Assembly: GCF_006345805.1 (NCBI RefSeq)
Contig: NC_042998.1
Location: 131,626,001-131,690,000 of the forward strand
DNA: 64,000 nucleotides
Source of the DNA: Octopus sinensis
Lineage: Eukaryota
Direction: 5' to 3'
Shown: one piece after another, positions 1 to 12,528 of the stretch
Numbering within the stretch: the first letter of the stretch is position 1
Layout of the letters: the number at the start of each line of letters is the position of its first letter
Translations under genes and position numbers: made by a program
Notes under the pieces: model-generated
The model's database searches: none
Told to the model about the DNA's origin: nothing
The model's input: the letters and a program-made list of their open reading frames with translations, nothing else

Positions 1-4
1 TAAT

Positions 5-130
5 CCTTTCTGTCGAAGAGCGTAGACTCGAAATATAAAGGACTTTTCCGTTGTTCCCGAGCGTTAAACTAATACAGCTGCTTGTTATTCCTACTATCTT
101 CGTCTTTTGTTTTCCGCAAATTTGAACTAT
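5..130 (+). mobile_element. Short interspersed repeat, probably PLE terminal-repeat derived, with a variant hammerhead-like motif
   Basis: tcctttctgtcgaagagcgtagactcgaaatataaagg...aaactaatacagctgcttgtt recurs at ~14690-14810. It contains a GAGC-GTAG-(G/A)CTC hairpin followed by GAAA. Confidence 0.5.
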
Positions 131-479
131 ATATATATAAATACGCGTCCCTAGTGGACTCTTTTACCTGCTTCAGTCACTGATCCGTGTCCATTCTAAT
201 TCATGTGTACATATGTGTGAGTATGTATGTGTGTAGGGGGGGGGGCTCTCTGTCTGTTTGTCTCTCTCTTTACGTAAGGTTAAGGTGAAATGATTTTTTA
301 TAAGTGTAAACCTAAAAATTAACGCCATTTATAACTCACAACAAATTTTTAAAGCAATTTTATTGATAGTAATTTCGAAGTTTAACCAGTAGCTGGTCTC
401 GGGAGAGTGCTTTGCATGTACAATCGATATATTGAGTAGCACAGTCGATATATTAGGCTCAGCTGAAGGCAGCATCCTC

Positions 480-940
480 GATAATTGGGGCTTTTGTTAG
501 TGAGGGTAAAATAAAACATCCGTTTCGACGGTCCAGAACGAACCCCGGATCGTTGCTGCAGAAGCGGTAAAGCCGGAGGCAATGTGAAAAGAGAATAGCA
601 GATTTTATAAGTAGGATGTGAAACGAAACTGCTGAGGTAGCAGCGTGAGTCCGCAGGTGTGTAGCTGACTTTCAGGGAGTGTGGAGGTTGTCGATGGAGT
701 TACATAATGTCTATAAAATTGATGGAGGTATTAGAATTGAAGACGAAAGCCGGTATTCGGTAGAAAGTATTGATGAAGGATATGACAAATGAATGCTCTT
801 TGGTAAATGCTGCAGCACTGATACAGCCACCGATCATCATGGTCAGGTCCAGTAAACCAGGAAGAAATGAAGGTTTTAAATGATTCAACAAACAATTTGT
901 TGATATTGGGACCCATCATCATATCCTTGAACATAATATT
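480..940 (-). mobile_element. Possible degenerate Penelope-like 3' end
   Basis: Minus strand reads ...ILHQYFLPNTGFRLQF* followed ~180 bp later by ctgcagcaacgatcc...ggaccgtcgaaacggatgtt, a decayed hammerhead-like arrangement. Weak similarity only. Confidence 0.25.
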
Positions 941-1274
941 TACATTGTTGTTATAAACCAGAGAGAGAGAGAGAGAGAGAGATGGATATGTGTAGAAGTG
1001 CTGGGTTCAAATATGGTGCGAGGTCTAATTCTATTCATTATAGGTTGCGGGTACATTTTATGGAGTCACTATTCCAATGGTTAGAAGTATTGCATGTATC
1101 CAGTTTATTTTCCCTTTGAGTTGATTTTATTCCCATCATGCGTAATTTTTAGGACGTAGCGTATGAAATTGTATTGCAATCAGTCTATATTGCAGTTTTA
1201 TATTGTGTATAATAGTATTTTCATGCTCCCAATAAAGATAAAATTCTTCCCGAAAACTTCAGACTCATAGGGCA

Positions 1275-1455
1275 GCGCATGAATCCTCCCTACCACAAAC
1301 AGGACGCCGGTCCATTGAAGGATTACTCATCTTTGCCAGTTGAGTAGATTGGAGCAAAGTAAAATGGAGTGTTCTGCTCAAGAACACAACGCTTCGCTCG
1401 ATCCAGGAACTGAAACCAAAATCTTACAGCCATGAGTCCTAATCGCTAAGCTACG
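1275..1455 (-). mobile_element. tRNA-derived SINE fragment (family D)
   Basis: Minus strand gtagcttagcgattaggactc...ggtttcagttcctgg (A/B-box-like) followed by ttgtgttcttgagcagaacact...tccaatctactcaactggc. Confidence 0.5.
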
Positions 1456-1559
1456 CACTTTCACGCTCCCAATAAGACAGACCTTAAAAATATGGGATCT
1501 TTTTGAAAGTATTCATCTAATAACCACATCGAGGTTGTAACTGAGCGATCTAGTTGTTT

Positions 1560-2280
1560 GTGTAGATTAGTTTGTCAGAATAGAGATAGAAGTTTCTATC
1601 TGAAGCAATTATTCAAATGCTCTTTAATGGGTACCATATGAAAATCTCTGTGATATATGAAAGGAGTACGAAGGGAAAAACCAACGAGAAATAGGAACGA
1701 GTAGGCAGAAGAGTCCCAATAGTGCCTGGAGTAGATTAATCGGAGTGGATGTTTAGTGTGGCCTTTATATGACTTGTATATATTTGATGTAAATGGAAAC
1801 ATGGTTCATTAGTTATGAATTTCTCTTTGCAGCAACGGGATCCCGAGTTCTTTCCCACTTCACAGCACTTTAATGTTTTCTAATATAGCTTGTAAAGAAA
1901 CCCACCGGACAGCTTTTACCTGTAATCAAAAGGCCCAACTTGCTGGCACACACTATGTAATTCAGATTCCATCTCTTGATTGCAGTAAAGATATAAGTCT
2001 ATGAGGAGTACTTGTTGATGACTTGAGTAGGTGGTTCTGTTGATCAAATAACTGAAATGCACATTGTCCTAGCCAGCGCGGGATCCATATTTGGCGGTAA
2101 TTTGCTGTTGGGTATCTCAGCATCGTGACTGCATGTTCAAATAATAGGTTCCTTCGTAAAAACTTTACGATAATTTCAACTGACGTTTCGAATATCCTCA
2201 ATGCATTTTCAACAATTAATGCATTACTTTATTAAGATTGCTTGAAGGTTATTTTCATAAAGTGTGTTACAGTGATAGGT
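1560..2280 (-). pseudogene. Highly degenerate mariner transposase
   Basis: Minus-strand pieces RQIWIPRWL (WVPR/WVPHEL motif), LLITGKS (IVTGDE-like) and DFHMVPIKEHL (DFHLFGPLKEHL-like) occur in the expected order, with stops and frameshifts. Confidence 0.55.
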
Positions 2281-2656
2281 AAGTGATTTTTGCTGTAGTT
2301 TTTGTCATGTAATGTATTTCTGCTTGCCCTATTACCTGTATTACTATTTTTGTTATTTTTTTATGTAAGAACAATCATTAAAAGAAAACTGTATTTTAGT
2401 CATCTAAATCACAAAACTTTTCTCCTGTTCACCGACTATTCCGGTCTATGTTCCTCTTTTTGCTTTCTCGTTTCTTTTTTTTTCTGTTTTTCACCATCAC
2501 TTTGTTTCACACTTACAAATTCAAACATATTTACGTGAACACAAACTTATGCGCGAATACTTAGACATATCAACAGTTTCACCCTCTCAGCTATACATAC
2601 ACAAACATCGTTTTTAATCTGTTCCCCACTCTCAAAATCTCCATAAATCAATATCT

Positions 2657-2733
<77 letters not shown>

Positions 2734-2765
2734 ACATATATGTGTGTTGTATATGTGTATGCTTA

Positions 2766-2821
<56 letters not shown>

Positions 2822-3051
2822 TGAATATTACTTATTATATGATGGTAAACTTTGAAAGTACTTTTTTGCCACCATGAGTAATTTGATGGAAGTTAAACTG
2901 TAATTATTGTACGTATGCCATATATCCTGTCATTACCCACAGTGGTAAAAGTATACCGCTAAAATTATCCGTCTTATGACGAGTAACTTTCTAATGTATT
3001 AGCATGCAAGCGTATTCCATTGTAGTGAAAAGTAAACTTTTTGTCAATTCT

Positions 3052-3192
3052 TTCTCTTGATGAAGTAAGCCGATCTTATAGCAATACCTCTATGCGACTA
3101 TTTACAGATTACTTGCCCATGATTTTTGCAGGTTCCGTCAGCTAATTATGATCGTTAAGTAAACTCGAGCTTCCAGAAACAGCTGTCGAGTA
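3052..3192 (+). ncRNA. Degenerate type I hammerhead ribozyme motif
   Basis: ttctc-TTGATGA...gcttcca-GAAA-CAGCTG-TC-gagta. C3 is mutated and stem II is decayed; the palindromic stem III is retained. Confidence 0.4.
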
Positions 3193-3214
3193 TTTAAAAA
3201 ATATGCATCATAGT

Positions 3215-3350
3215 AGGAAGCCGATTACATTAACATCAGTGCTCGACTGGCACCTATTTTATCGACACCGAAATTCAAAACATTAAGCCAGAAGAAATGC
3301 TGCAAAGCATTTTGTCCGGCGTGCTATCGATTTTGTTAGTTCACCGCCCT
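3215..3350 (-). mobile_element. SINE family B fragment
   Basis: Matches the ggcggcgagctggcagaa...gcacgccgg head and gtcgataaaataggtgccagt centre of the copies at 34626-35428. Confidence 0.65.
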
Positions 3351-3971
3351 TCAATTCACTACTAACATAAGTGCGGTTGTCTATGAGTTGTACCATTGAG
3401 ATACGCAAAAATTGAAAACACGTTTACAGAAGATAGAACATTGGAAGCACAAGCAGAATGCTTAACTTTAACAAAGTTTTCACGTTCACTCTATGACTTA
3501 TATTGAAAATTAATACAGATTATGAGAAGAGATTAATCAAATTCAGTAAATACTGAAATTTAACTCATCGGTCTCGGAGAGGTTGTGAAGGTCATTGAGC
3601 TCAAATCATTCACCAAGACTAAACCAAGAAATATAGTTTGATTTGAAGTTATCCTAGGCTTTAGACAGAACTGATATAATTGTATCTAGTGCAAAAGAAA
3701 AGAAAAAGTTTAAGATAAAAAGAGAAGGGAAACGACATTTCGCGTCAATGATATAACAGTATTATATTTATACGAAACGGTGAAACCTCATTCTGCCTAT
3801 CAGGAAATGAAAGTACAAGTGAGTCCGTCACCCTACCTGACTACAAAGTTTATTTGGCTGCTGATCAGAGGTGAGGCCTGGCTAGATAGTAGAAGAATTC
3901 TGCTGAATAACAGCTGTTGATTTCATCCTTACCAAATAAAACATTACCAAGCTGAATGAACTTCCCTGGTG

Positions 3972-4160
3972 ATACATACATACATACATACATACATACA
4001 TACATACATACATACATACATACATACATACATACATACATACATACATACATGCATACATACATGCAGGCAGGCATGCATACACACATACATACATACA
4101 TACATACATACATACATACATACATACATACATGCATACATACATTCATACATACATACA
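3972..4160. repeat. (ATAC)n microsatellite, representative of dozens of TA, CA, ATAC, GATA, GA and AAT tracts in the window
   Basis: Direct reading of the sequence. Confidence 0.98.
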
Positions 4161-4635
4161 TATACGCACACGTACACGTATATATAAGTGTGGGTGGCAG
4201 GAAGAAATAGATAGATGAAAAGACATGCACACTACACACACGAACACACACGCACACACTCATACACACACACACATTAATATATGCATGCATACTTGCA
4301 CTCGATTCTAAACTTCTATGTGTGTGCTCGTAACGAACTAAAAGAATAAGAGATCAATACCGCATTAATGGATAAATAATTCCTTTTATTAGTAGAATGT
4401 TATGGATACGATATCAATGTTTTCATGCGAAACTTTTCATAATAATTCAATCGTTGTATGAATGGAAGCGATAACTTTGCCATTTTATTACACTAGGACT
4501 CATAAGATTGCAACTACGATTGAATAATTGCGACCAAAATCGCATGAAACCATTGGCAACATATTTCTGCACTAAACTCATAAATTAAATATATGCCTGT
4601 GATGTGTGTGTATGTACATACACACATACATGTAT

Positions 4636-4681
<46 letters not shown>

Positions 4682-4696
4682 TATATATAATATATA

Positions 4697-4734
<38 letters not shown>

Positions 4735-5022
4735 TATATATATATAATATATATATATAGTAGAAATATGTTACGAAAAGAAAATATAAAATACACGTCG
4801 AAATGTAAGGGTAAATTATGAAAAATCAACGAAAATGCACATTGCAAATAAAGAAAGGCTATTTATGACAGGTAACGACAAATGTATACATTTAGATTGA
4901 CTGAGATAGTAATACGAGTCATAAAAGTCATTATTATGAGATGATTATAAGATGATAATAATAAAGTAAGAGAACAAAACGGACCATGGTTTACGCGAAG
5001 TTATTCATCGTTTGAACAACGA

Positions 5023-5063
<41 letters not shown>

Positions 5064-5727
5064 AGAGAGAGAGAGAGAGGGGGGAGAGAAAGAGAGAGAG
5101 AGAGAGAGAAGAGTGGGATCGAGTGTGTCAATGTATATTTACTAATATGTGTATGCTTATCTATGCAAGCGCATATCTATACATCTATCATTTTATTATT
5201 TTGCCTGTCTGAAAGACATTATCTAACCTGTGCACCCATCCTTTCCCCCTTCTTTCAAATTCTGTCTTTCATCTTGTCACCTCTTTCTTTTTTCATAACC
5301 TCCCCGTTGCCTCCCAAGCCCCACGCACATACAATATTTACCCACCCGTTATCTACCCGCAAACTACATGACTCACTATTCAGCCGTGTTAAAATATGCG
5401 CTCTATGTGTTTTTCTAATTAAATACTCATAATTCTTGAGCGGTGACAAAACTGTAGCTTAACAAACCCACCTACCTACACTACCCGTAATGACATGTAC
5501 CCTGATAATCAGTTATTGTCTGATCGCACAGTCTCAGTCTGAAGCTTATGAATGCACGCACACACGAGTACACACACACACACACACACACACACTCATA
5601 CGCACATTCATACATACGTACATACATACATGCATACATACATACATACCTGCATGCACACATAAATACATAAACATACATATGCATACGTACTTGTGTG
5701 TCTGTCTGAGTGTGTGTGTGTCTGTTT

Positions 5728-5764
<37 letters not shown>

Positions 5765-5924
5765 TATTATTGTTAAGGCTGTAAATAAATGAATAAGAAC
5801 AATAGATCAATACATGGATATAGACATAAATTTACTATAAAATGGAGTCCACTGTGGCCTCAAGTGTCGCCTGTTGGAAAAGTGTATTTAAACAGTTGAA
5901 CAATGCTTTCTGACTGACATTTAG

Positions 5925-6295
5925 TCAAACGCCTATTAGTGCTGCATTTCGTCTACCCTTACATTCTGATTTCAAATTCCGCTGAGATCGAGTTTGCCTT
6001 TTATCCTTTCAGGGTTAATGAAATAAGGACCAGTTAAGCGCTTGGATCGAAGTAATCGATTAACTTCCCCATTCACACACACACGAAGTTAAGGACTTGT
6101 ACCTGAAGTAAGCTTGTAGAATATTCAGCAAGTGAGACCAAATGATTAGCAGTATTTCTGGGTTCAAATTCCGCCGAGGATGACTTTGCCTTTCATCTCT
6201 TTCGGATTCGACAAAATAAGTACCAACTTGGAGTTGATGTATTCGACTTACCCTCTCCTTGAATTTGCTGGCTTTGTACCAAAATTTGAAACCAT
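5925..6295 (+). mobile_element. Two degenerate SINE family B fragments
   Basis: ttcaaattccgc(t/c)gag...ttgccttt(t/c)atc(c/t) core occurs twice. Confidence 0.65.
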
Positions 6296-6667
6296 CAGTT
6301 TTTCTCTTTTTTTAACTTAGGTTTTGTTGGAACTCCTAGAGTTTTGCATCAGAAGCAAGTTCCCTGCCTTCAGCCTACAGTACCATAATGTCTGTTCGTT
6401 TCATCTTTCTAATACTTTTCAAATTATTCTAGCTATGCGAAGGAGGCAAAGCCTTTGTTACAGGACACTCTATTCCGATTTACTTTATATTCATCTAGAT
6501 GTCTTCTGATATTGTCCCCAAGGACCCAGCAACAATAATTAGCACTGTCTTCACCTTCATTTTCCATAGCCGAGCTATTTCGTGCTTAAGAGGATTGTTT
6601 ATATCTATTTTTTGGCCTATTATTACTATTATTATTATTGTTGTTGTTGTTATTATTATTATTATTA

Positions 6668-6718
<51 letters not shown>

Positions 6719-6719
6719 G

Positions 6720-7270
6720 AGTGAGAGAGCCGTGGATGCCATCAAAGTGACACTGGGGTAAAATATACGAAGCCAAGTATACCCATCATGACCACCCGTA
6801 AGGGTACACCAGGCACATGCATCACAACCATATGTGCACGACATGGTGATCTCATAAAAAGATAAACAGCACATGACCTTGCAAGTGGGGCCCATTGAGA
6901 ATTTTATTCTGGTCGAGTAACCCATCCCGCTGAAAAGGTCCCTGAATAAGGGTTGTTTAAGGATGTTGAACGAAGCACCCATGTTTCCAGAGGTGAATTA
7001 TTCAAACCCCAAAGAATCCCTCTCAACACATGGTTATGATGCTCCCCCACTACTTCTGCTCGTGATCAGAGATGCACATATCGTCAGCCACTAAGGGACA
7101 TGCTCAACTGGTTAAGGTCAAACAACTGACAGGCAAATCTGTGGTATTGAGCAGAATATTTGCTGTAGACCATCTTTTATACCAAAACGAAACAATGTAC
7201 ATGATAACACTTCCAATCAGTTAAGATCAGAAGCCACGGAAGCTACTGTCTGGTAGTGCATCGGGGCATT
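6720..7270 (-). mobile_element. Unclassified ~550-bp interspersed element with (AAT)n tail, copy 1
   Basis: Colinear with 8060-8615 over its whole length. Bounded by (ATT)n on both sides. No ORF or tRNA boxes recognised. Confidence 0.8.
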
Positions 7271-7295
7271 TATTATGATTATTATTATTATTATT

Positions 7296-7667
7296 CTATG
7301 TTTGACTTTTGCTTTATGTCTGTACAAGTTGGCTCCAAGTCTCACCCAGAGACCTCAAGAGACAACAGGTTGGAAGTTCTGTGCCATATATTTGGGGGGG
7401 GGGTGTTGTACTAGTGAATGTCTAATACATAAAAATAAAATTTTTTAAAAATATTTTAAAATCTAAAAAAAAATATTTTTAAATAATTAAATAAAAAAAA
7501 AGTTTGTTTTAAACCTTGGGATTACATAGAGAGTATTTTGCGTAGGATATGAGCAGTTCCCATGAGCACTATCTTTTGAATTTCTGCCATTTTGGGGTTT
7601 CCTGGTATCTGAGTTAGGTAGCAATCAGTCCCTTTCGCTATCATTCCCAGGGCACCTGTGACAACAG

Positions 7668-7672
<5 letters not shown>
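7296..7672 (-). mobile_element. Dong/R4-type non-LTR retrotransposon 3' end, subfamily a
   Basis: 7671-7522 reads IPVVTGALGMIAKGTDCYLTQIPGNPKMAEIQKIVLMGTAHILRKILSM*, the C-terminus of restriction-like-endonuclease R4/Dong ORFs. Followed by a 3' UTR and (AAT)n tail. Confidence 0.8.
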
Positions 7673-7747
<75 letters not shown>

Positions 7748-7750
<3 letters not shown>

Positions 7751-7995
7751 TAGTTTTATTTTTATAGCGTGCTTTCACTTCACTACCGAGCGCAGCTCTG
7801 TGTGCCTTGGGTATGTGCTGTGATTTGTTGTGATGCTCTGATGGTTATTGTATGGAAAGTGTTCTGCGTAGGATGTGTGCAGTGCCTAGTAGTGCAATTT
7901 TCTGTATGTTATATGTGTTTGTAAGTCCTGGTGTTTTTGTTATGTATTTATCTGAATACTTTTTTATCGTGCCTAATGCACCTACTATGATTGGA

Positions 7996-7998
<3 letters not shown>
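7748..7998 (-). mobile_element. Dong/R4-type non-LTR retrotransposon 3' end, subfamily b
   Basis: 7997-7845 reads IPIIVGALGTIKKYSDKYITKTPGLTNTYNIQKIALLGTAHILRRTLSIQ*. Different 3' UTR from subfamily a; (AAT)n tail. Confidence 0.8.
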
Positions 7999-8059
<61 letters not shown>

Positions 8060-8060
<1 letters not shown>

Positions 8061-8615
8061 GAGTTAGAGAGCAGTGCATGCCATCAATGTGACACTGGGT
8101 TACAAATATACAAAGCCCAATTACCCATCATGACTACCCGTTTGGTAAGGGTACACCATAAACTTGCATCATAACCACATGTGTGCTACATGATGATTTC
8201 ATGATCTAGATAAACAGCATATGAGCTTGCAAGAGAGGCTTAGTTAGAATTTTCATCAGGTCGAGTAACCAATCCTGCTCAAAAGGTCCCTGAATAAGAG
8301 TTGTTTAAGGATGTTGAATGAAACACCCTTGTTTTCAAAGGTGAATTATTTGAACCCCAAAAGAATTTCCCTCAACACATGGCTATCATACTCTCCCACT
8401 ACTTCTGCTCGTGATCATATATGCACATATCGCCAGCTACAAAGAGACATGCTCAACTGGTTACGGTCAAACAACTGACAAGTAAATCTGTGGTATTGAG
8501 CAGAATATTTGCTGTAGCCCATCTTTTATACCAAAACAAAACGTGTACATGATAACATTTCCAATCAGTTAAGATAAGAAGCCATGAGAATCACTATCTG
8601 GTAGTGCATCAGGTC
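8060..8615 (-). mobile_element. Unclassified ~550-bp interspersed element with (AAT)n tail, copy 2
   Basis: Diverged direct copy of 6720-7270. Confidence 0.8.
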
Positions 8616-8620
8616 ACAAA

Positions 8621-8822
8621 GGCGACGAGCTGGCAGAATCGTTAGCACGCCCGGTGAAATGCTAAGCGGTATTTCGTTCGTCATTATATTCCGAGGACGA
8701 CTTTAACTTTCATCCTATTTAGGGGAGGTCATTAAATTAAGTACCCGTCAAGTACTGGGGTCGATGTAATCGACTATCTCCCTCCCCAGATATTTCAGAT
8801 CCTGTGCCTATGGTAGAAAAGA
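8621..8822 (+). mobile_element. SINE family B
   Basis: Head ggcgacgagctggcagaatcgttagcacgcccgg..., then ctggggtcgatgtaatcgact. Confidence 0.75.
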
Positions 8823-10003
8823 TTATTATTTTATCGACTTTTGAAGTGTGAAATATTTTACATCGGCTATATTTTAAGTCAGAATATGAAAAGCTGTTAA
8901 AAATACACCAAAGCATTTTCGTGATGCTCTAAAGGTTCTGTAATCCACCACCCGCCATAATAATAATAATTATTATTATAACCCCAAATATACGTGGCAA
9001 GCCAATATTGACATATGCTTTGAATGCCGATGTGACAGCTCTAACTTAGCATGACGAAACACAAAAGTTGTTATCAAAACTAGCTGCTAAGATGTTCGCC
9101 TTGGTTTTGCAAAACATTTGGCATATTTATCCAATATTTTCAATAAGTCTATCTTGTTCACTTTTTTTTTTTTCCTTTTTCAAAGAGGGAAAAGATACTA
9201 AACACATATAGATCGCTGAATTAACTTAATACTTATAAGCATGTTTATAGTTTTGGTCTAAAATCGTTCTTTTCTGTATACAAAAAGAATCTGACAGCTG
9301 ATGAGACGTAATAATGTTTTATTTTATTTAGATTCGTAAGTGCAGGAATGAAACTTGCCTTGGGGTGCAAACACAGTCTTTCAGGAGGATGTTCAAAGTG
9401 TTTTTACTGCCTCCAAGTAAATTTGGGAGTGGGGTACGCCTCCCCTACCCCCGTTTACGAACCTATTTTATGCTAGACGCAATGAAATAATTGACTGCGT
9501 CGTTGATGCGTAGAGTGGAATCCGTAGGGCAATTATTCTTGAGATCTGACTTCAAATCCCATCGAGGTCAATAAATAAAGTGCTAGTTCAGAGTGGAAGA
9601 CCGACGGTATGGTTGAAAAGTCGGCCAGTCAAATGCTTTATGGTACTTAACTCCAGCTGTTTGGATTTTTTTTTCCTTTGGTTGGGTGGGATACTTCAAC
9701 TTCTGCCTAGTTTAGCCGCATCACCTGATCCTTCACTGCCACTCTGTTGCGGAAATTCAGTTAACTCGCTTCGTCCAACCAAACTCAATGGTCTAGAAAG
9801 AAAAGGAACCATGTGCATTGCTGGTTCACCCTTGAAAAATGTGAAAAGATTTATTCATTAGTCAGCCTGCAGCATAGTAACTGCTCTATTAATGACAGAA
9901 GTACTATTCTTTGATTCAATGTTTGTGGTGATTTTTAAAATGAAGGTTATTATTATAAACTAGGATATACATACATACATACATACATACATACATACAT
10001 ACA

Positions 10004-10061
<58 letters not shown>

Positions 10062-10173
10062 CGTATATACACATATATATATATGACATTACTCGATACG
10101 ACTTCAGGTACTGTAAGTAGGAGATTGTTTTAAGCTTTCTCAATTTTTAAACTATTTTAATCGATTTATTTGT

Positions 10174-10257
10174 ACCTCTGATGAAAGAAATGCGACTATT
10201 TGTATCGGCTGGAAAACCTGCCCAATACAAACGCATTCTTCGAAACGATCGTAAGAT
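10174..10257 (+). ncRNA. Type I hammerhead ribozyme motif with partly decayed stems
   Basis: CTGATGA(10178-84)-aagaaatgcg...cgcattcttc-GAAA-CGATCG-TA-agat. Core intact; mismatches in stem I and at the base of stem II. Confidence 0.55.
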
Positions 10258-10467
10258 TTTGTAATACTGCGCTTGAAACCTAACATCTCGATGAATTAGT
10301 TATGTAATTTGTATTCCCATAATAAAGAAACTTGACCTACGAAAATCTGTCATCCACTTTGATTTTTGTTATATTTTGCTCATATTGAGCACTAATTGAG
10401 CGAACTAATTAGGTTCAGCATAGTAAGAAAAAGGAAAACAAAGGTTCTCCTTTTTCTTACTATGCTG

Positions 10468-10539
<72 letters not shown>

Positions 10540-10731
10540 AAAGAGAGAGAGTATACGCCGCAGAGCCCAGGAAGCCGGTCTTATGAGCCTAGCATGGTTC
10601 GAGAAGAAAATATGGTGCTATTAAGTTAGACATGGCCTGGACCAATCTTTGGTCGAAACTTATCTAAGTTTATCTAAGTTTATATATACGTATATTTATA
10701 TGCATGCATGTATATAGCTTTTATCTATATG

Positions 10732-10765
<34 letters not shown>

Positions 10766-10770
<5 letters not shown>

Positions 10771-10945
10771 TAAGCAATAAAGGGTTTAGCAACGAATTGC
10801 CTTACCACATACCGAATTTAGAAATAGCAGTCAAAGAGTTATAGCTATTTCTTCTACTAAAAAGGGAGATCTCAGTAAAAACAGCAATTTCTAAATTCGG
10901 TATGTGGTAAGGCAATTCGTTGCTAAACCCTTTATTGCTTAGTAT
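10766..10945. repeat. ~60-bp perfect inverted repeat with ~60-bp spacer
   Basis: atactaagcaataaagggtttagcaacgaattgccttaccacataccgaatttagaaat versus its reverse complement at ~10887-10945. Confidence 0.9.
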
Positions 10946-11695
10946 TACTAAATCCTCCTCGAATGAGGCTTTTACATGCCGAAGACTACTTGGTGTAATT
11001 GATAATTATTCCAAATTAATTAATTTCACCCTTCATTATATATATATATATATATATGACATTATATATATATATTATATTAATATTATCTATATATATA
11101 TATATATATACACAACATAATATATATTTATATACTTCATGACATAAAATCCACAAATATGCGTGCGCATGTGTTTGTGTGTCTGTATGTGTAAGAGAGA
11201 GAATGTATGCATGTGTGAGAGCGTACGTATTTCTGCGTGTGCGTGGGTGTATGTACGTGTCTGCGCAAACTTTTTTAATAGAACCTACACTTGACTAAAG
11301 ATCTGTAATTTATAATAAATTATTACATTATGATATAAGGATTCTGGCCAGTGCTTCATGCTTTGAGTATTTCAAAGAAAATGTTTTTACATTTCACCTC
11401 AAATGAAAGTAATTCTATGGAACCTACTAGAAAACCTTTGTTTTGCTAGGTTAAAAAAAAATGATGTTTCATCGAAATATAACTATACAATCGAACAACA
11501 GATAAAAGAAAAGAAAAAATAGATAGAAAACATATTTTCATTATTTTACAAGCATGTACATCGCTCTTTCTTTCTCTCCCTCTCTTTATCTATTTATTTA
11601 TGTATGTATGTATGTATCTCTCTATCTATCTATTTCTATCTCACTTCATATATATATATATATGTATGTATATATATCTATATATATATATAATA

Positions 11696-11750
<55 letters not shown>

Positions 11751-11797
11751 GCTTTCTCTATATATATAACATATATTCATATATATTACATACATAT

Positions 11798-11836
<39 letters not shown>

Positions 11837-11857
11837 ATACATATATATATATATAGG

Positions 11858-11923
<66 letters not shown>

Positions 11924-11960
11924 CATCTATTTATATACAAACATATTTATATATATATAT

Positions 11961-11998
<38 letters not shown>

Positions 11999-12006
11999 AT
12001 ATAAAT

Positions 12007-12041
<35 letters not shown>

Positions 12042-12104
12042 ATGTACTTATATTCATGTTTATCTGTGTGTAAACATTATATTTATAGCTACATTTTTTC
12101 ATTA

Positions 12105-12528
12105 TACTTCTTTCAATCATTTCACTGCTGCCATGCTGGAGCACCGCCTTTACTCGAGCAAATCTTATTCTTTGTATGCCTAGTATTTATTATATCGGTC
12201 TCTCTTGCTGCACTTCTCAGTTACGGGGACGCAAACACCCCAACATCGGTTGTCAAGCGATGGTGGGGGACAAACTCAGACACACAAACACATACATTCA
12301 TACATACATACGTACATACATACATGCATACATACATACATACATACATACATAATTACATACGTAAATACATACATACATACATACATACATATAGATA
12401 TGTACGACGGGCTTCTTTCTGTTTCCGTCTCCCAAATCTACTCGCAAGGCTTTACGTCACTTTGCCACGCAGTGAGATGAACCCGGAACCGGGTTTGGGA
12501 AGGAAGCTTCTTGCCACACAGTCACTCT
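12105..12528 (-). mobile_element. tRNA-derived SINE family A
   Basis: Reverse complement of the 37545 copy (gctggagcaccgcct, gacaaactcagacac, ccacgcagtg). Confidence 0.8.

Noticed and set aside
650-775. Possible plus-strand exon after ccgcAG (CVADFQGVWRLSMELHNVYKIDGGIRIEDESRYSVESIDEGYDK*)
   Set aside because: No recognisable homology, and the region is equally explained as the antisense of a decayed repeat.
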